Made by a program: the position numbers and the translations under genes. A stretch of 63,889 nt of DNA, the filler included, from Candidatus Woesearchaeota archaeon (GTDB lineage Archaea; Nanobdellota; Nanobdellia; Woesearchaeales; B72-G16), in NCBI GenBank assembly GCA_003650545.1. It is 6 parts of 4 records of this genome, joined end to end, with 100 filler letters (N's around TTAATTAATTAA, not from the genome) between each part and the next. Parts side by side here need not be neighbours in the genome. Positions count along the whole stretch, not along the records: positions 1 to 4,844 come from QMQO01000001.1; positions 4,945 to 21,428 come from QMQO01000002.1; 4 more parts are not named here. The stretch is one strand, 5' to 3'. The notes beneath the pieces were generated by a model, which was not told where the DNA came from, searched no databases, and was given only the letters and a program-made list of their open reading frames with translations. Positions 1 to 10,480 of this stretch are shown piece after piece. Every line of letters begins with the position of its first letter. Position 1 is the first letter of the stretch.

Positions 1-43
1 AAAAATTAAAATCAAAAATTAAAATCAAAAAAACAAAATAAAA

Positions 44-562
44 ATGGTAAGGGTTTGTTTAGGTTGTTTAAGGGCGCAGGCAAAAACCATGTTTAATTAT
101 ATTATCACATTGATTGTGATGGTTGTTGTGCTTTCGTTGGGATTTTATTTTGTAGGGAAGATCCCGCAGAAAATGGGAGAGGCACAGTTTGAACGTTTTA
201 AGAACCAGATAATTAATGATATTGAGCTAGAGTCAAGGAATGATGATGGAATAAACCACAATTATCTAATTGGAGACAGCTTTGATCGTATATGTTTTAG
301 AAATGAAGATGGAACAATCCTAGATGGTGTAGATCCCAGGATACTGGCAGAGTATGATACTAGCTCTAACAGTTTTATGACAAGGAGTAATATTTTTCTG
401 ATAGGAAAAAATGAATTTAAGGCGCTAGAGGCAGATGCACGAATAAAGGTGCCTGACCAGAATACTATAGTGGGTTGTTTTAATATAACAAGAGGTCGTG
501 TTTATCTTTTTTTTGAGGGGCATAATCGCTATTTGGAGATAAGCCCGCAGGAGGAGAGTTAA
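44..562 (+). CDS. Class III signal peptide (archaeal pilin-like) protein
   Basis: RAQ followed by a hydrophobic N-terminal helix; first gene of a cluster of similar ORFs. Confidence 0.6.
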   Translation: MVRVCLGCLRAQAKTMFNYIITLIVMVVVLSLGFYFVGKIPQKMGEAQFERFKNQIINDIELESRNDDGINHNYLIGDSFDRICFRNEDGTILDGVDPRILAEYDTSSNSFMTRSNIFLIGKNEFKALEADARIKVPDQNTIVGCFNITRGRVYLFFEGHNRYLEISPQEES

Positions 563-788
563 GGAGAGACGATAGAAAATAACTATAAGATGACAAGAAA
601 TAACTATAGAAATGTTGAATGAGTACAGAGACTGACCAATGCTAAGAAGCTGACCAGAAGCTAGACCAGAAGCTAGGATTGGTAGATAAGCAGGAATGCA
701 TTTTTTTAAATTTTTTTAATTTTGAGATATGTGCAAAAATAAAAAATAAAAATAAAAAAATTAAAGATAAAAAATAAATAATTAAAAA

Positions 789-1931
789 ATGTACACAGAT
801 CCGAGAAAAAAGGCAATCACTGTCCAGCTTAGCTGGATCTATATTCTTATAGCCGGAGCCATGATACTGATATTTTTTTCTCGCGTGATTGTGTATGTGC
901 AGGGTTATGGTGAAAAAACCATTACAGATAACATTCGCGACCAGCTGAATGACGCATTTGTAAAGATTAGGGCTGACAGACTTTTTTTTCAGCAGTTGCA
1001 GACACCAAAAGATTTCAAGCTGGAAAGGTGCGACTTTGGCAAGATGTATTATAAGATTGGTCGTTCTTCGTTAAAAACACAAGGGATATATTCCCCTAGT
1101 TATCTAAAGCCTAGTCAAGAACAGCTCTTGCTGTGGACTCTTCCATGGGAGATGCCATACTGGATTGATAATATGTTGTATCTAACCTCGCCAGAGGTGT
1201 TGTATGTCTTTATTGAGGACCAGTGGGGTTATGTGAAGGAGTTGCTTGAAGATCCGACGTATGGTTTGCCTGCAAACATCAGTAGGGTGGTGATAAGTCA
1301 TGAAGATTTTAGTCGTTTTGTGAGCACAAAGCAGAAAAATGTTTTCAAGGAGATTATACAAAAGATTGATTCATTCTATAAAGTCAAGTTTGTGATGGTA
1401 GATGCAGCAACGGATTTTGGTGAAGGGCAGGATCTTCAACTAACTTTTCCAGAAGAGGTGATGCGAAAAACAGATACAGCAATAAACATACTACCAGATG
1501 AGGGTTATGGCGGACTTGATGGTGCAGGCGAGATTCAGTTCTTTGATGTTGTTGGGGCTGAGTTTACACCAGGCAAAACTCGGCCGTATCTAGGACGGTC
1601 GCTTGTGTTTGCTGCGATATTTGCACAAGATGCACAGCAATATGAATGCAATCTGCAATATTTTATGCAACGGTTCAAGGATGTAAATCAATTTACCCAA
1701 AAAAGAGCAGAGATGTTGTATGAATCTTATCCTCCAGAGCATGAATGTCACTATTATATTGAGAAGTTTATTGAGAGTCAGCTTCTCCAGAAGCAATGTA
1801 TTGAAATACAAGATGCAATAGATAATCTATCTAATGCTGACACATTTAAGGAATTATATGAAATGTCTAGGCAAATAGAAGATGAAAACTACAATCTTGT
1901 GAGGTATAGGTATTGTGCAGGTATATACTGA
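789..1931 (+). CDS. Large pilin-like / class III signal peptide protein
   Basis: RKKA-ITVQLSWIYILIAGAMILIFF N-terminus. Confidence 0.65.
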   Translation: MYTDPRKKAITVQLSWIYILIAGAMILIFFSRVIVYVQGYGEKTITDNIRDQLNDAFVKIRADRLFFQQLQTPKDFKLERCDFGKMYYKIGRSSLKTQGIYSPSYLKPSQEQLLLWTLPWEMPYWIDNMLYLTSPEVLYVFIEDQWGYVKELLEDPTYGLPANISRVVISHEDFSRFVSTKQKNVFKEIIQKIDSFYKVKFVMVDAATDFGEGQDLQLTFPEEVMRKTDTAINILPDEGYGGLDGAGEIQFFDVVGAEFTPGKTRPYLGRSLVFAAIFAQDAQQYECNLQYFMQRFKDVNQFTQKRAEMLYESYPPEHECHYYIEKFIESQLLQKQCIEIQDAIDNLSNADTFKELYEMSRQIEDENYNLVRYRYCAGIY

Positions 1932-2012
1932 CTAAACCAGATCAACAAAAATAAGAATCTTCAAAAATAAGAATCTTAGGTTGAATCAAGATTAAACTAA
2001 AAACCTGGAAAA

Positions 2013-2513
2013 ATGAGAACCAATAAAAAAGCTCAGATAAGGCTGGCTGAGAACATCATGGTTATCATCATCTTTGTATTTATACTTGTGTTTGGCATTG
2101 CATTTTTTACTGTTTATCAGAAACAAACATCAGGTACAAAACATAAAGAACGCGAAGAAAAAGCAGCTAGCTCTGTTCTAGCAAAAATAATGGCGCTGCC
2201 TGAGCTGAAATGTCTTAGCAGTACTGGCCAGGAGGAGGTTAATTGTTTTGATCTTTATAAGGTAAAGGTTCTTAATGCCGAAAATCACACACAACCAGAA
2301 TTTATAGACCATTTTTATGATATCATGCTGGAGAGCAAAGTTAGTCTTGAGACACTAAAAAGTGAAATAGATGAAATATTCACTATTTATGAAAATGAGC
2401 CTGTTGTGAAGCACGACACTCTGACAAAAAAAATGCCTGTGTTTTTGTATGATCCAATAAATGAACAGAAATATTATGCTATATTGAAGCTGGACTATTA
2501 CTATGTTAGATAA
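2013..2513 (+). CDS. Class III signal peptide pilin-like protein
   Basis: KKAQ-IRLAENIMVIIIFVFILVFG. Confidence 0.75.
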   Translation: MRTNKKAQIRLAENIMVIIIFVFILVFGIAFFTVYQKQTSGTKHKEREEKAASSVLAKIMALPELKCLSSTGQEEVNCFDLYKVKVLNAENHTQPEFIDHFYDIMLESKVSLETLKSEIDEIFTIYENEPVVKHDTLTKKMPVFLYDPINEQKYYAILKLDYYYVR

Positions 2514-2586
2514 GCATGTTAGATGTAGAAAGTGAAGTGTGAGATAAGTATGTTAGAAGTATGTTAGATAAGGAAGTGAAGTAATC

Positions 2587-3120
2587 ATGTCAGGAATAAT
2601 TATGTCAGGTGGACTAAAGAAAAAAGCGCAATCAGAAGCTCTTGGCTTAGCTGTTGTGGTGATTCTCATAATCATCGGTATAACATTGATGATTATACTT
2701 GGTAGCGGCAAGAAAGCCAGCAAAGAGCAGGAGAACTATATAGAGAAGTTATCTTCCAACACATTGTATGCGATGTTGAATATGGATGCTGACGAATGTC
2801 GCGTTGACTCGTTCCAGGATGTAATAAAAGATTGTATTAACCAGAATAACTTTGTGATGTGCACTACAATAGATCAGACATATACATCCTGTGAATACAT
2901 GGATATAGTTATAAATCAGACATTGTTTAAGACCATTGCAGATCAATTTGATTATTACATGGAGGTTAGTAGCATTGCTATGAAGAAAAAATATTGTAAC
3001 TATGAAACAACGCTAGAGAACTGTCAAGATAAAAAGAGACCATTTAAACGGAAAAAGTTCTCTCTACCAGCAGGCTATGGTTATTCTGATGATATCCTGT
3101 TGAAGATATATCTGCCCTAG
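2587..3120 (+). CDS. Class III signal peptide pilin-like protein
   Basis: KKKAQ-SEALGLAVVVILIII; Cys-rich ectodomain. Confidence 0.75.
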   Translation: MSGIIMSGGLKKKAQSEALGLAVVVILIIIGITLMIILGSGKKASKEQENYIEKLSSNTLYAMLNMDADECRVDSFQDVIKDCINQNNFVMCTTIDQTYTSCEYMDIVINQTLFKTIADQFDYYMEVSSIAMKKKYCNYETTLENCQDKKRPFKRKKFSLPAGYGYSDDILLKIYLP

Positions 3121-3137
3121 GACCTAGGACTTAGGAT

Positions 3138-3908
3138 GTGTTTAGAATGAAGATTGTATCCTGGAATGTTGCAGGTATTCGTGCATGCGAAAAAAAAGGC
3201 TTGGTTAAATTTATGAGACAACAAAAGGCAGATGTTTACTGTCTTCAAGAGGTTAAGGCTAAGGTTGAAGATCTAAGTGAGCAGCTGAAGAATCTTAAAG
3301 GTTATATTTTATACGATCATCCTGCAATGAAGAAAGGATATAGTGGTGTGTACACATATTCCAAGCAGAAACCCATCAGGGTGATTAAGGAGATGGGTGT
3401 TGAAAGATTTGATAGTGAGGGAAGGGTTCTGGTTTTAGAATTTCAAAAATATTATCTGGTAAATGCTTATTTCCCCCATTCCCATAGAAACCTAACAAGG
3501 TTGAGGTTTAAGCTTGAATTTAACCAGGAGTTTTCTAGATTCTGCCGACGGTTGGGAAAGAGAAAGCCTCTGGTGATTGCAGCGGATTTTAATGTGGCTC
3601 ATAAAGAGATTGATCTGGCAAATCCAAAACAAAATCAAAATAATGCAGGCTTCACTATCCAAGAACGCGAGTGGTTTGATGATTTTCTGAAACAGGGTTA
3701 TATCGACACATTCAGAGAGTTTACAAAAGCAGGCGGGAATTATACATGGTGGACCTATCGTTTTAATGCAAGAAAGCGAAACATTGGCTGGCGCGTAGAT
3801 TACTTTATTATAAGCAAGAGTCTCAGAAAGAAACTGAAGAGCAGCAGAATCTTAAAAAATGTGCTTGGTTCAGACCATTGCCCAATTATGATGAGAATAG
3901 ACTTATAG
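3138..3908 (+). CDS. xth: Exodeoxyribonuclease III / AP endonuclease
   Basis: SWNVAG, CLQEVK, GYSGV, DFNVAH, GWRVDY and GSDHCP motifs; start may be MKIVS at 3147. Confidence 0.95.
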   Translation: MFRMKIVSWNVAGIRACEKKGLVKFMRQQKADVYCLQEVKAKVEDLSEQLKNLKGYILYDHPAMKKGYSGVYTYSKQKPIRVIKEMGVERFDSEGRVLVLEFQKYYLVNAYFPHSHRNLTRLRFKLEFNQEFSRFCRRLGKRKPLVIAADFNVAHKEIDLANPKQNQNNAGFTIQEREWFDDFLKQGYIDTFREFTKAGGNYTWWTYRFNARKRNIGWRVDYFIISKSLRKKLKSSRILKNVLGSDHCPIMMRIDL

Positions 3909-4206
3909 ATATTTAATTTATAACTATGTAACTATTTATAAAACTATGTAACTAAAATAAACTATATAACTGAACAACAAAACAAATTATTCTTAACAAA
4001 ATTTTTTCATTGCTGATATTCTGGATTGTGTTGATCAAAGATATGTCTATGTGTGGTCAGTGCTGTTTAGTCTTCTATGTTATTTTTATTTATTTTTGTT
4101 GTTGATTCAAATATGAATATGTATCATTCTTGTTGAAAAAGTTATGGAAACATTTAAATATAAGAATGAGTTTTTAAACTATATTATAAAGGAAGAGGTG
4201 AATATC

Positions 4207-4554
4207 ATGCAGAGAAAAGCTCAAGGACTTTCTCTTGAAACTATCATAATAGCTGTATTGGTTATAATTGTTCTAATTGCATTGGTTGCGATTTTTACAG
4301 GTCAGATCAGGGTGACGAAGAATGAGACAGAGGCTGCACAAACTCAAGTAAATTCTTGCTTTCGAGCCGGGGGTATTTGTGTTGATCCAGATGTAAAATG
4401 TAGTGAAGATGAATATGTTGCGACTAGACTTGGTGTAGGTGCTGATGAAGTAGTCCAAGAGTTACCTAAAAACAGGATTCCAACAACAGGTCTTATTGAT
4501 TGTGAGAGGCCTAAACATTGTTGTGTTAAAGCAAAGAAGCCAGGACAACCTTAG
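4207..4554 (+). CDS. Small archaeal pilin-like protein
   Basis: MQRKAQ-GLSLETIIIAVLVIIVL after GAGGTG RBS; Cys-rich C-terminus. Confidence 0.8.
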   Translation: MQRKAQGLSLETIIIAVLVIIVLIALVAIFTGQIRVTKNETEAAQTQVNSCFRAGGICVDPDVKCSEDEYVATRLGVGADEVVQELPKNRIPTTGLIDCERPKHCCVKAKKPGQP

Positions 4555-4605
4555 ATTTCTGCATTTCACCACAACTTTTATATAGCTAATGAATATAAAA
4601 TCTGT

Positions 4606-4844
4606 ATGAGAAGAAAAAAGGGGACGATTCATGTTAGCCTGCGCTTTGTTGTGATCCTTCTACTAATAATGATTGTTTATGCAATAGTGTTTCTTCTGGT
4701 GAAAAATACAATCGAAACCGGGGTTAAACCGCCATTAGACCTTGATAAGGATACAGAGCATAGCTTTTATCGTGTTTATAATGAAATCATGGATATGCAG
4801 CCTGGTGATGTGAATGTTGAAGTGCCGCTTGTAGTTAAGAACTC
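4606..4844 (+). CDS. Pilin-like protein, truncated by contig end
   Basis: RRKKG plus hydrophobic helix. Confidence 0.55.
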
Positions 4845-4944
4845 NNNNNNNNNNNNNNNNNNNNNNNNNNNNNNNNNNNNNNNNNNNNTTAATTAATTAA
4901 NNNNNNNNNNNNNNNNNNNNNNNNNNNNNNNNNNNNNNNNNNNN
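4845..4944. other. Artificial contig linker
   Basis: N-run/TTAATTAATTAA/N-run; identical linkers at 21429-21528, 32956-33055, 48158-48257 and 56932-57031. Confidence 0.98.
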
Positions 4945-5088
4945 ATTTTTTACTATAGTGAAATTAAAAAAAGAGTTAGAAAATATCTTCATAACCTTCC
5001 TGAAATCATGTTCTGGTCGCATATTTGTTTAAATATGGTTAGAAGAAAAATCAAAATAAGGTGGTATGATTAGACGACAGGGTGAATC

Positions 5089-5871
5089 TCACTCTCCTTT
5101 GTATGCTGGTAATTGTAGTGTAAATGTGCTTCCCCTATTTGATTCGCTTTCTACAATAATTTTTCCTCCATGATCTTCTATAATTCTTTTACATATGCTT
5201 AATCCAAGACCAGTTCCCTTGTTTTTTTTGGTTGTGTAAAAACTTTGAAATATTTTATCGATGTCTTCAGACGAAATACCATACCCTGTGTCTGAAATAC
5301 TTGAAATTATATAATCGCCTTCAATTCTATTTGTTAAAGTGATATTTCCTCCTCTGGGCATTGCATCAGCAGCATTCAGAAACAAGTTTAAATACACCTG
5401 TGTTAACTGTGTTTTGTTGCCGATTATTTTAAGTGGCACATTCCAGTCCTTTTTCTCTATTAGTACCCCTTGCTTTATTAGCTTGTGTTGACAGAGTTTT
5501 AAAGCTGTTTCATAACAATCTTTTAAGTTTATTTTAGATTTTTCTGAAATAGAATATTTTGAATATTCAAGTAAAGTCATTACCATATCTTTAATATGCT
5601 CTAAGGCAATCTTAACTTGGATCAAATTCTTCACTTCGCTGCTTGAATTATCTTTAGTCATTAAATATAATTCAAGGTAACCAAAAGCATTTGTCAAATA
5701 ATTATTAATATCGTGTGCAATGCCTGAAGTAATTTCTCCTGCTGTAATCAGTTTTTCTTGTTGTTGAAGATACTCCCTTTCTTCGACAAATATTTCATAG
5801 GCTTCAGTCAATTTTTTCTTTAAATCATCTGGAATTCTGTTGTCTTGAATCAGATCTTCCAAGCGTTCCAT
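5089..5871 (-). CDS. Histidine kinase (HisKA + HATPase), no sensor domain
   Basis: IAHDINN H-box, NLFLNAADA N-box, DTGYGI, GTGLGL. Confidence 0.93.
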   Translation of the reverse strand: MERLEDLIQDNRIPDDLKKKLTEAYEIFVEEREYLQQQEKLITAGEITSGIAHDINNYLTNAFGYLELYLMTKDNSSSEVKNLIQVKIALEHIKDMVMTLLEYSKYSISEKSKINLKDCYETALKLCQHKLIKQGVLIEKKDWNVPLKIIGNKTQLTQVYLNLFLNAADAMPRGGNITLTNRIEGDYIISSISDTGYGISSEDIDKIFQSFYTTKKNKGTGLGLSICKRIIEDHGGKIIVESESNRGSTFTLQLPAYKGE

Positions 5872-5988
5872 ACTTCAAGTAGAGATTTATAAAAATAAAA
5901 ATTTTACGCTTTCTGGTGCTAAAAGTAATCTATTTATTTTCATTAAAAATCAAAACTTTTATAAATAATAATCATTTTAGCGTCGTAG

Positions 5989-6159
5989 ATGGTGAAGAAA
6001 TGTATCATTTGTGAGAAGGAAGCAATGTTTTGTATAAAAGGTAGCTCAGAATGCTATTGTCACGATTGCGCAATAGAACACTTTAGCGATATAAGCTATC
6101 TACAAAAAATCGAAGAAAGTGCAAAAAAACTAAAGAAAGTTATTGAAAGTAGGGCTTGA
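5989..6159 (+). CDS. Small Zn-finger protein (56 aa, not in ORF track)
   Basis: MVKKCIICEKEA...CYCHDCAIEHF; TATA box upstream. Confidence 0.75.
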   Translation: MVKKCIICEKEAMFCIKGSSECYCHDCAIEHFSDISYLQKIEESAKKLKKVIESRA

Positions 6160-6360
6160 TAAATATTTTTTATATGCTAAGCAAATTAAAAGAGTAAATT
6201 TTAAAGTAGATAATAACTTCTGTGCTTTTTATCGTCAAACTAATAGTAAGCTTTAGAGCTAATAAAATGAGTCTATGTTGTTTCTAAATAGTTGCTAGAT
6301 ACATGTGAACACAAACAAATGAGTGTATCTGATATTGGGCAACAAAATTGAAAATGTCTC

Positions 6361-6476
6361 TATAAATATTTAACATATAATTATTTAACATTGTAACATT
6401 CATATAAATATTATTAACATAAATATTATTAACATAAATATTTTAACATAAATATTATTAACATATAAATATTATA
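6361..6476. repeat. Degenerate AT-rich tandem repeat (TAAATATTATTAACA-like)
   Basis: About 6 imperfect 15-nt units. Confidence 0.7.
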
Positions 6477-6529
6477 TGGTATATAAAGTATAAAGAAAAA
6501 TAATTATATTTCTCAATATATATAACCGT

Positions 6530-6868
6530 ATGCAAGAGAAAACTCTGCTAAAGTTATCAATTATTCTAACGATAGTTGGGGTTATATCGCTGTTCATCTA
6601 TGTTGACATATTGAATCCCAGAGAAATCGAAATAGAACAACTGAAGCAAAATACAGATAATGTAGTAACACTGGAAGGAACAGTTATTAATTACAAAGAT
6701 TATGGTAAGACTGCTATTTTAAAACTGGCGCAACCAAAAACAGTAGAAGTTTTTTTATTCAAAAAGGAAAACATCAGCATTAACAAAGGCGAATATGTAA
6801 AAGTCACAGGAGAAGTCAAAAAATATGCTAAAGGCTTTGAGATTGTAGCAGATTCTATCGAGCGTTAG
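6530..6868 (+). CDS. Membrane-anchored OB-fold protein
   Basis: N-terminal TM helix; VTLEGTV...GEYVKVTGEVKKY...EIVADSI. Confidence 0.75.
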   Translation: MQEKTLLKLSIILTIVGVISLFIYVDILNPREIEIEQLKQNTDNVVTLEGTVINYKDYGKTAILKLAQPKTVEVFLFKKENISINKGEYVKVTGEVKKYAKGFEIVADSIER

Positions 6869-6923
6869 CTTTTTTTTTAGTTTTTTAGAGTTTTTTTAGT
6901 TTTTTTAGCTTTTTTTAGCTTTG

Positions 6924-7736
6924 TTAGTCAGTATGGATGCTTGTGTTAGGTATATTATTTCTTTTATGCTCATTATTTCTTTTTTTTCCATTGTTTTCTT
7001 TCCATTGAATTGCCTTAGATATAAATTCAAGCTCACGTTGATAAATTAAAAAAACATATTTCTGAAAAAGATCGTCAAATTCGCGTTCAACATCTTCTTT
7101 CCCCAATTTGTCCCGCAACAACTCCTTATCTTTCTTTACAGCGTCTAAACCATTGTTCAGTAAACCTATTGCATAATTTGCAGAATCACATATAAAAGGA
7201 ATATAATAAAATGCATGTTTAATAGCAGATCCTGTTATTTTTAGAGTTCTGGCTAGCAAAGGGTTATCTAGAATGTTTTTTAATTGTCGAATAATAGAAA
7301 TCGCGTAATTGAGTTCCTGGATCCTCTTTGTTTGGAAACCATCAATGGCTGTATAAGCCTCAAGATAACTGTCATCTTCTACTTTCTCAACTTTGAAACA
7401 GCTTAGGTATTCTATCATTTCATCTTCAAGCTCTTTGTTATAAATGTAAAATGATATCACTGGTAAGATTTTGTCTATTGTTTCCTTTACTCCAGGTATT
7501 TTATGGCTTCTACAAAAAACCTTGTCAATAGCATTGTTAATACCATAGCTAAGTACTTTTTTGAAAGAAGATGTACGTTTGCTAAATTTTTCAAATGTTT
7601 TTGAATCAGGATAAATCTCCTGGAAAATGAAATTCTTAAGATTCTCAAATTCAAAGTCTGCATAGAAAGAAAGTTTCTGTTGGCGCTGATAATCGCGGAT
7701 CAGGTGGGCTATGTTTTTTTTATCCGAAGTGTTCAT
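6924..7736 (-). CDS. Hypothetical protein
   Basis: 270-aa ORF with upstream TATA box. Confidence 0.7.
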   Translation of the reverse strand: MNTSDKKNIAHLIRDYQRQQKLSFYADFEFENLKNFIFQEIYPDSKTFEKFSKRTSSFKKVLSYGINNAIDKVFCRSHKIPGVKETIDKILPVISFYIYNKELEDEMIEYLSCFKVEKVEDDSYLEAYTAIDGFQTKRIQELNYAISIIRQLKNILDNPLLARTLKITGSAIKHAFYYIPFICDSANYAIGLLNNGLDAVKKDKELLRDKLGKEDVEREFDDLFQKYVFLIYQRELEFISKAIQWKENNGKKRNNEHKRNNIPNTSIHTD

Positions 7737-8011
7737 TATTTTTTTTGGGGCTAAAAACTGATTTATATAGATTTTTGTTCTGTTAACTCTATTAATACAG
7801 TTAAGTCATTTTAACGAGCCAGTAACAAGACTAAATTTTAGCTTACCTTTATTTGAATTAACCTTTGAATTAACATTCTGTTATTAGTAATTATTAGTAA
7901 CTTCAGTGCAGCCTTGCTTAGCAATGCTCTCATTATAAACCATTTTATATATTATCCGGTGCTGTTAATTATGCTATTATACGCTAATATTGAGACGCTC
8001 CTGCACCTTTG

Positions 8012-8060
8012 GTGACTTAGTGACTGACTGAAACATGGCAGTTTAACCTATCAAACTTGA
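8012..8060. repeat. Dispersed ~48-bp intergenic repeat, copy 1
   Basis: GTGACTTAGTGACTGACT..TGGCAGTTTAAC.TATCAAA..TGA, matches 19543-19590. Confidence 0.8.
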
Positions 8061-8119
8061 CTGGACAATATTATCCAAATATTTATAAAGAACATTTCAT
8101 TCCAAACATTAGTGATACC

Positions 8120-8539
8120 ATGAAAAAGATAATTGCTTTATTAGTGATGTTGTGCATCTTACTTTTAGTAGTAGGATGTGAAAAACATGAACCTGTAGCA
8201 CCACCTGTTGTTGAAGTTGAAGAAAAGGAAGAAATTCCTCTAGAAAATCTAACAATACAAGAGCTTGTTGAGACTGTAGAAAACATTATGGTGATCACGA
8301 GCGGTAAAGTAATAGAACCAAGAGAGATAACGATTAAGGTTGGAGAGAGTGTTGTATTCAAAAACAATAATGATGCTCCACACATCCTTAGAGTTGCGAC
8401 ACCAGATGCAATAGAGATTGTTAGGAGCAAGAGGTTAATGCCCGGAGATGTTTTTGAGTATGTGTTTGAGAAAGCAGGAATATATTACATAAGAGATGTC
8501 TTCTCTGGCAGTGTGAATGCACAGGTAATTGTAGAATAA
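8120..8539 (+). CDS. Cupredoxin-fold lipoprotein
   Basis: Lipobox VVGC; ITIKVGESVVFKNND..PH...FEKAGIY; the copper-ligand Cys is absent. Confidence 0.75.
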   Translation: MKKIIALLVMLCILLLVVGCEKHEPVAPPVVEVEEKEEIPLENLTIQELVETVENIMVITSGKVIEPREITIKVGESVVFKNNNDAPHILRVATPDAIEIVRSKRLMPGDVFEYVFEKAGIYYIRDVFSGSVNAQVIVE

Positions 8540-8559
8540 TTTTTTTTTGTTTTTTTTGA

Positions 8560-8838
8560 TTGCTAAGAACAATGATATTAGAAATAATGCTTCTTGTTGT
8601 ACTTTTTGAGACCATCGAAATATTCGGGAGGCTTGTGTTTGGTTCAGCTAAAGATGGATATGCAAGAAAGCTGGGATTCACTATCCATACTAGTTATGTT
8701 GGAGTGACATTTTCAATAATTTATTTTTTGTTTTCAGGTGATGTGTTCTTCATTTTCGGACTCGCGTTAATAATACAGGATGTTATACACCACCTTGTTA
8801 TCCTTCCTGTACTAGTTGGAAGAAACGAATTTCCTTAG
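8560..8838 (+). CDS. Small membrane protein
   Basis: Three hydrophobic segments, HxxYVG and QDxxHH. Confidence 0.6.
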   Translation: MLRTMILEIMLLVVLFETIEIFGRLVFGSAKDGYARKLGFTIHTSYVGVTFSIIYFLFSGDVFFIFGLALIIQDVIHHLVILPVLVGRNEFP

Positions 8839-8987
8839 TTTTATTTTTATTTTCTAATTTCCTTAGTTTTATTTTTATTTTCTTCGCCACATTGAGATTT
8901 TCTTATTCAAAGAGAGGAATAAAGGAGAAATAATATAAATAATAATATAATAACATTTCTAAAAATTATCACAACAAAAAATAAAAA

Positions 8988-9545
8988 TTATCTCACAAAA
9001 ATATTGTACTTCTCTTTTCCTTGCAACTCAGACAGAATTCTTTTAATTATTGCTTTCTCTGGATCAGGTAACAGTTTAACCCTTTTACGCAAGTCGTCAA
9101 AACTCTCAAATTTTTTATCTTTGCGTTTTTCAAGCACTTCCCACATATGCTTCTTACCTAAGCCTGGGAGTAACTCCAGCTGATGCATACGAGTACTTAG
9201 AGGTTGTGCTGTGTTAAAAAAATCAATAAACCTTTTTTCATTCTTTTTAACAAGTGTTTTTACAACATGGTGCAGTTGAGAGTTTCCTGTGCCTGTAAGT
9301 TTTTCGAACTGTAGCTTTCCTGCAATATGATGTACTTTGTCACGCTTACCTTCCCCTAAATAAACTTCTTCCAATGGTTGGACAAACACACCTTTTTTTG
9401 GTACTAGCTCTAGAAGAGTAAAATGATCTTTGCCTATTGCTTGGATTATAGGATTTTTTTTATGCAAAGGACGAGGATCAAATGGATAACCATTTGGCAA
9501 GAAATCTAACACTATTGCATATTCTTCCTTTGCTTTTTGTTCCAT
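8988..9545 (-). CDS. DUF655 family RNA-binding protein
   Basis: VLDFLPNG, FTLLELV, RMHQLELLPGLGKK; conserved rpl21e-rpo4-DUF655 order. Confidence 0.92.
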   Translation of the reverse strand: MEQKAKEEYAIVLDFLPNGYPFDPRPLHKKNPIIQAIGKDHFTLLELVPKKGVFVQPLEEVYLGEGKRDKVHHIAGKLQFEKLTGTGNSQLHHVVKTLVKKNEKRFIDFFNTAQPLSTRMHQLELLPGLGKKHMWEVLEKRKDKKFESFDDLRKRVKLLPDPEKAIIKRILSELQGKEKYNIFVR

Positions 9546-9626
9546 CTTGTCTCGCCCCTTGAAGTTTTAATTTAAGTTTTAATTTTATACCTTGATTCGT
9601 ATTAAACAATTTAAGCCCCCGTAACT

Positions 9627-9977
9627 TTAATATTCTTTCACTATGTCTAAAATCTTTTTTATGTTTTCTTGAGTGATTGTAATAGGATAACCTTGGAACA
9701 TTATTTGTATGTCTTCTATAGTTTTGGGTAGTATATCTATGATTTTGTTGATATGTATGTCTTTAAATCTTGGAATTTTAAGGTTCTCAAGCTTTTCGTA
9801 AAGTTCTTTTGCTCTTTTTTGATCGATTTTGCAAGCAGCTTGTAAGTATTCTTCTGTTTTGTTTGCTCTAAAACCTAGTTCTTTGTCGCGTTTCTTGATT
9901 TTTTTAAGTTCTTCTTTTACTTCTGCAACATTCATTGATTTTTCTTCCACAATTTCACCTTGTATCATTTTAATCAA
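9627..9977 (-). CDS. rpo4: RNA polymerase subunit Rpo4 (F)
   Basis: KIIDILP...I motif; lies between rpl21e and DUF655. Confidence 0.88.
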   Translation of the reverse strand: MIKMIQGEIVEEKSMNVAEVKEELKKIKKRDKELGFRANKTEEYLQAACKIDQKRAKELYEKLENLKIPRFKDIHINKIIDILPKTIEDIQIMFQGYPITITQENIKKILDIVKEY

Positions 9978-10272
9978 CCTTTACCAAATGCACTGGATGG
10001 ATTATAAGTATTTTTTTTTTCTTAATGTCCTTAATCTTTACTTCGTAACAAAAACCACGCTTTTTCTGAACAGTGCCGAGCACTCCATGAAGTCTTGGAT
10101 GATATAATGCCTTCTGAAATGTGGGGTCAGCTTTGAGTAACACTTTATCTCCAGGTTCAAACTTTTGCAAATATCTACCTATGCTAAACTTGCCACGCTG
10201 CCTTACATTCTTTTTGAATAATCTTCTTGTTTTCCGTCTAGTTCCGCCTATTCTCTTAGCCAAATTATCCAC
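9970..10272 (-). CDS. rpl21e: 50S ribosomal protein L21e
   Basis: RRKTR..., FEPGDKV, HPRLHG..G, IHPVHL. Confidence 0.95.
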   Translation of the reverse strand: MDNLAKRIGGTRRKTRRLFKKNVRQRGKFSIGRYLQKFEPGDKVLLKADPTFQKALYHPRLHGVLGTVQKKRGFCYEVKIKDIKKKKILIIHPVHLVKVD

Positions 10273-10480
10273 CCTATTTATAACTATTTAAACTTATACT
10301 TCATTAAGTTAAAAATAGTTTTCGATATATAAAAGTATTGTTTTTTTACTACAGAAAAATGTTTTTTGTTATAAAAAATGTCCTTTTTTTTAAACGAAAC
10401 ATTTAAATATATGCGTATTAATCTACACATTATCATTTTAAAGTGGATGCACTTCAAAAAGGTGTTTAGGAGGGATTATC

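Noticed and set aside
4845..4944. TTAATTAATTAA within N-runs as a biological repeat
   Set aside because: Artificial all-frame-stop linker; gene adjacency across linkers is meaningless
6361..6925. CRISPR array in the AT-rich repeats (also 2500-2575, 3915-3970, 10945-11010)
   Set aside because: Short degenerate tandem units without unique spacers; slippage-type repeats
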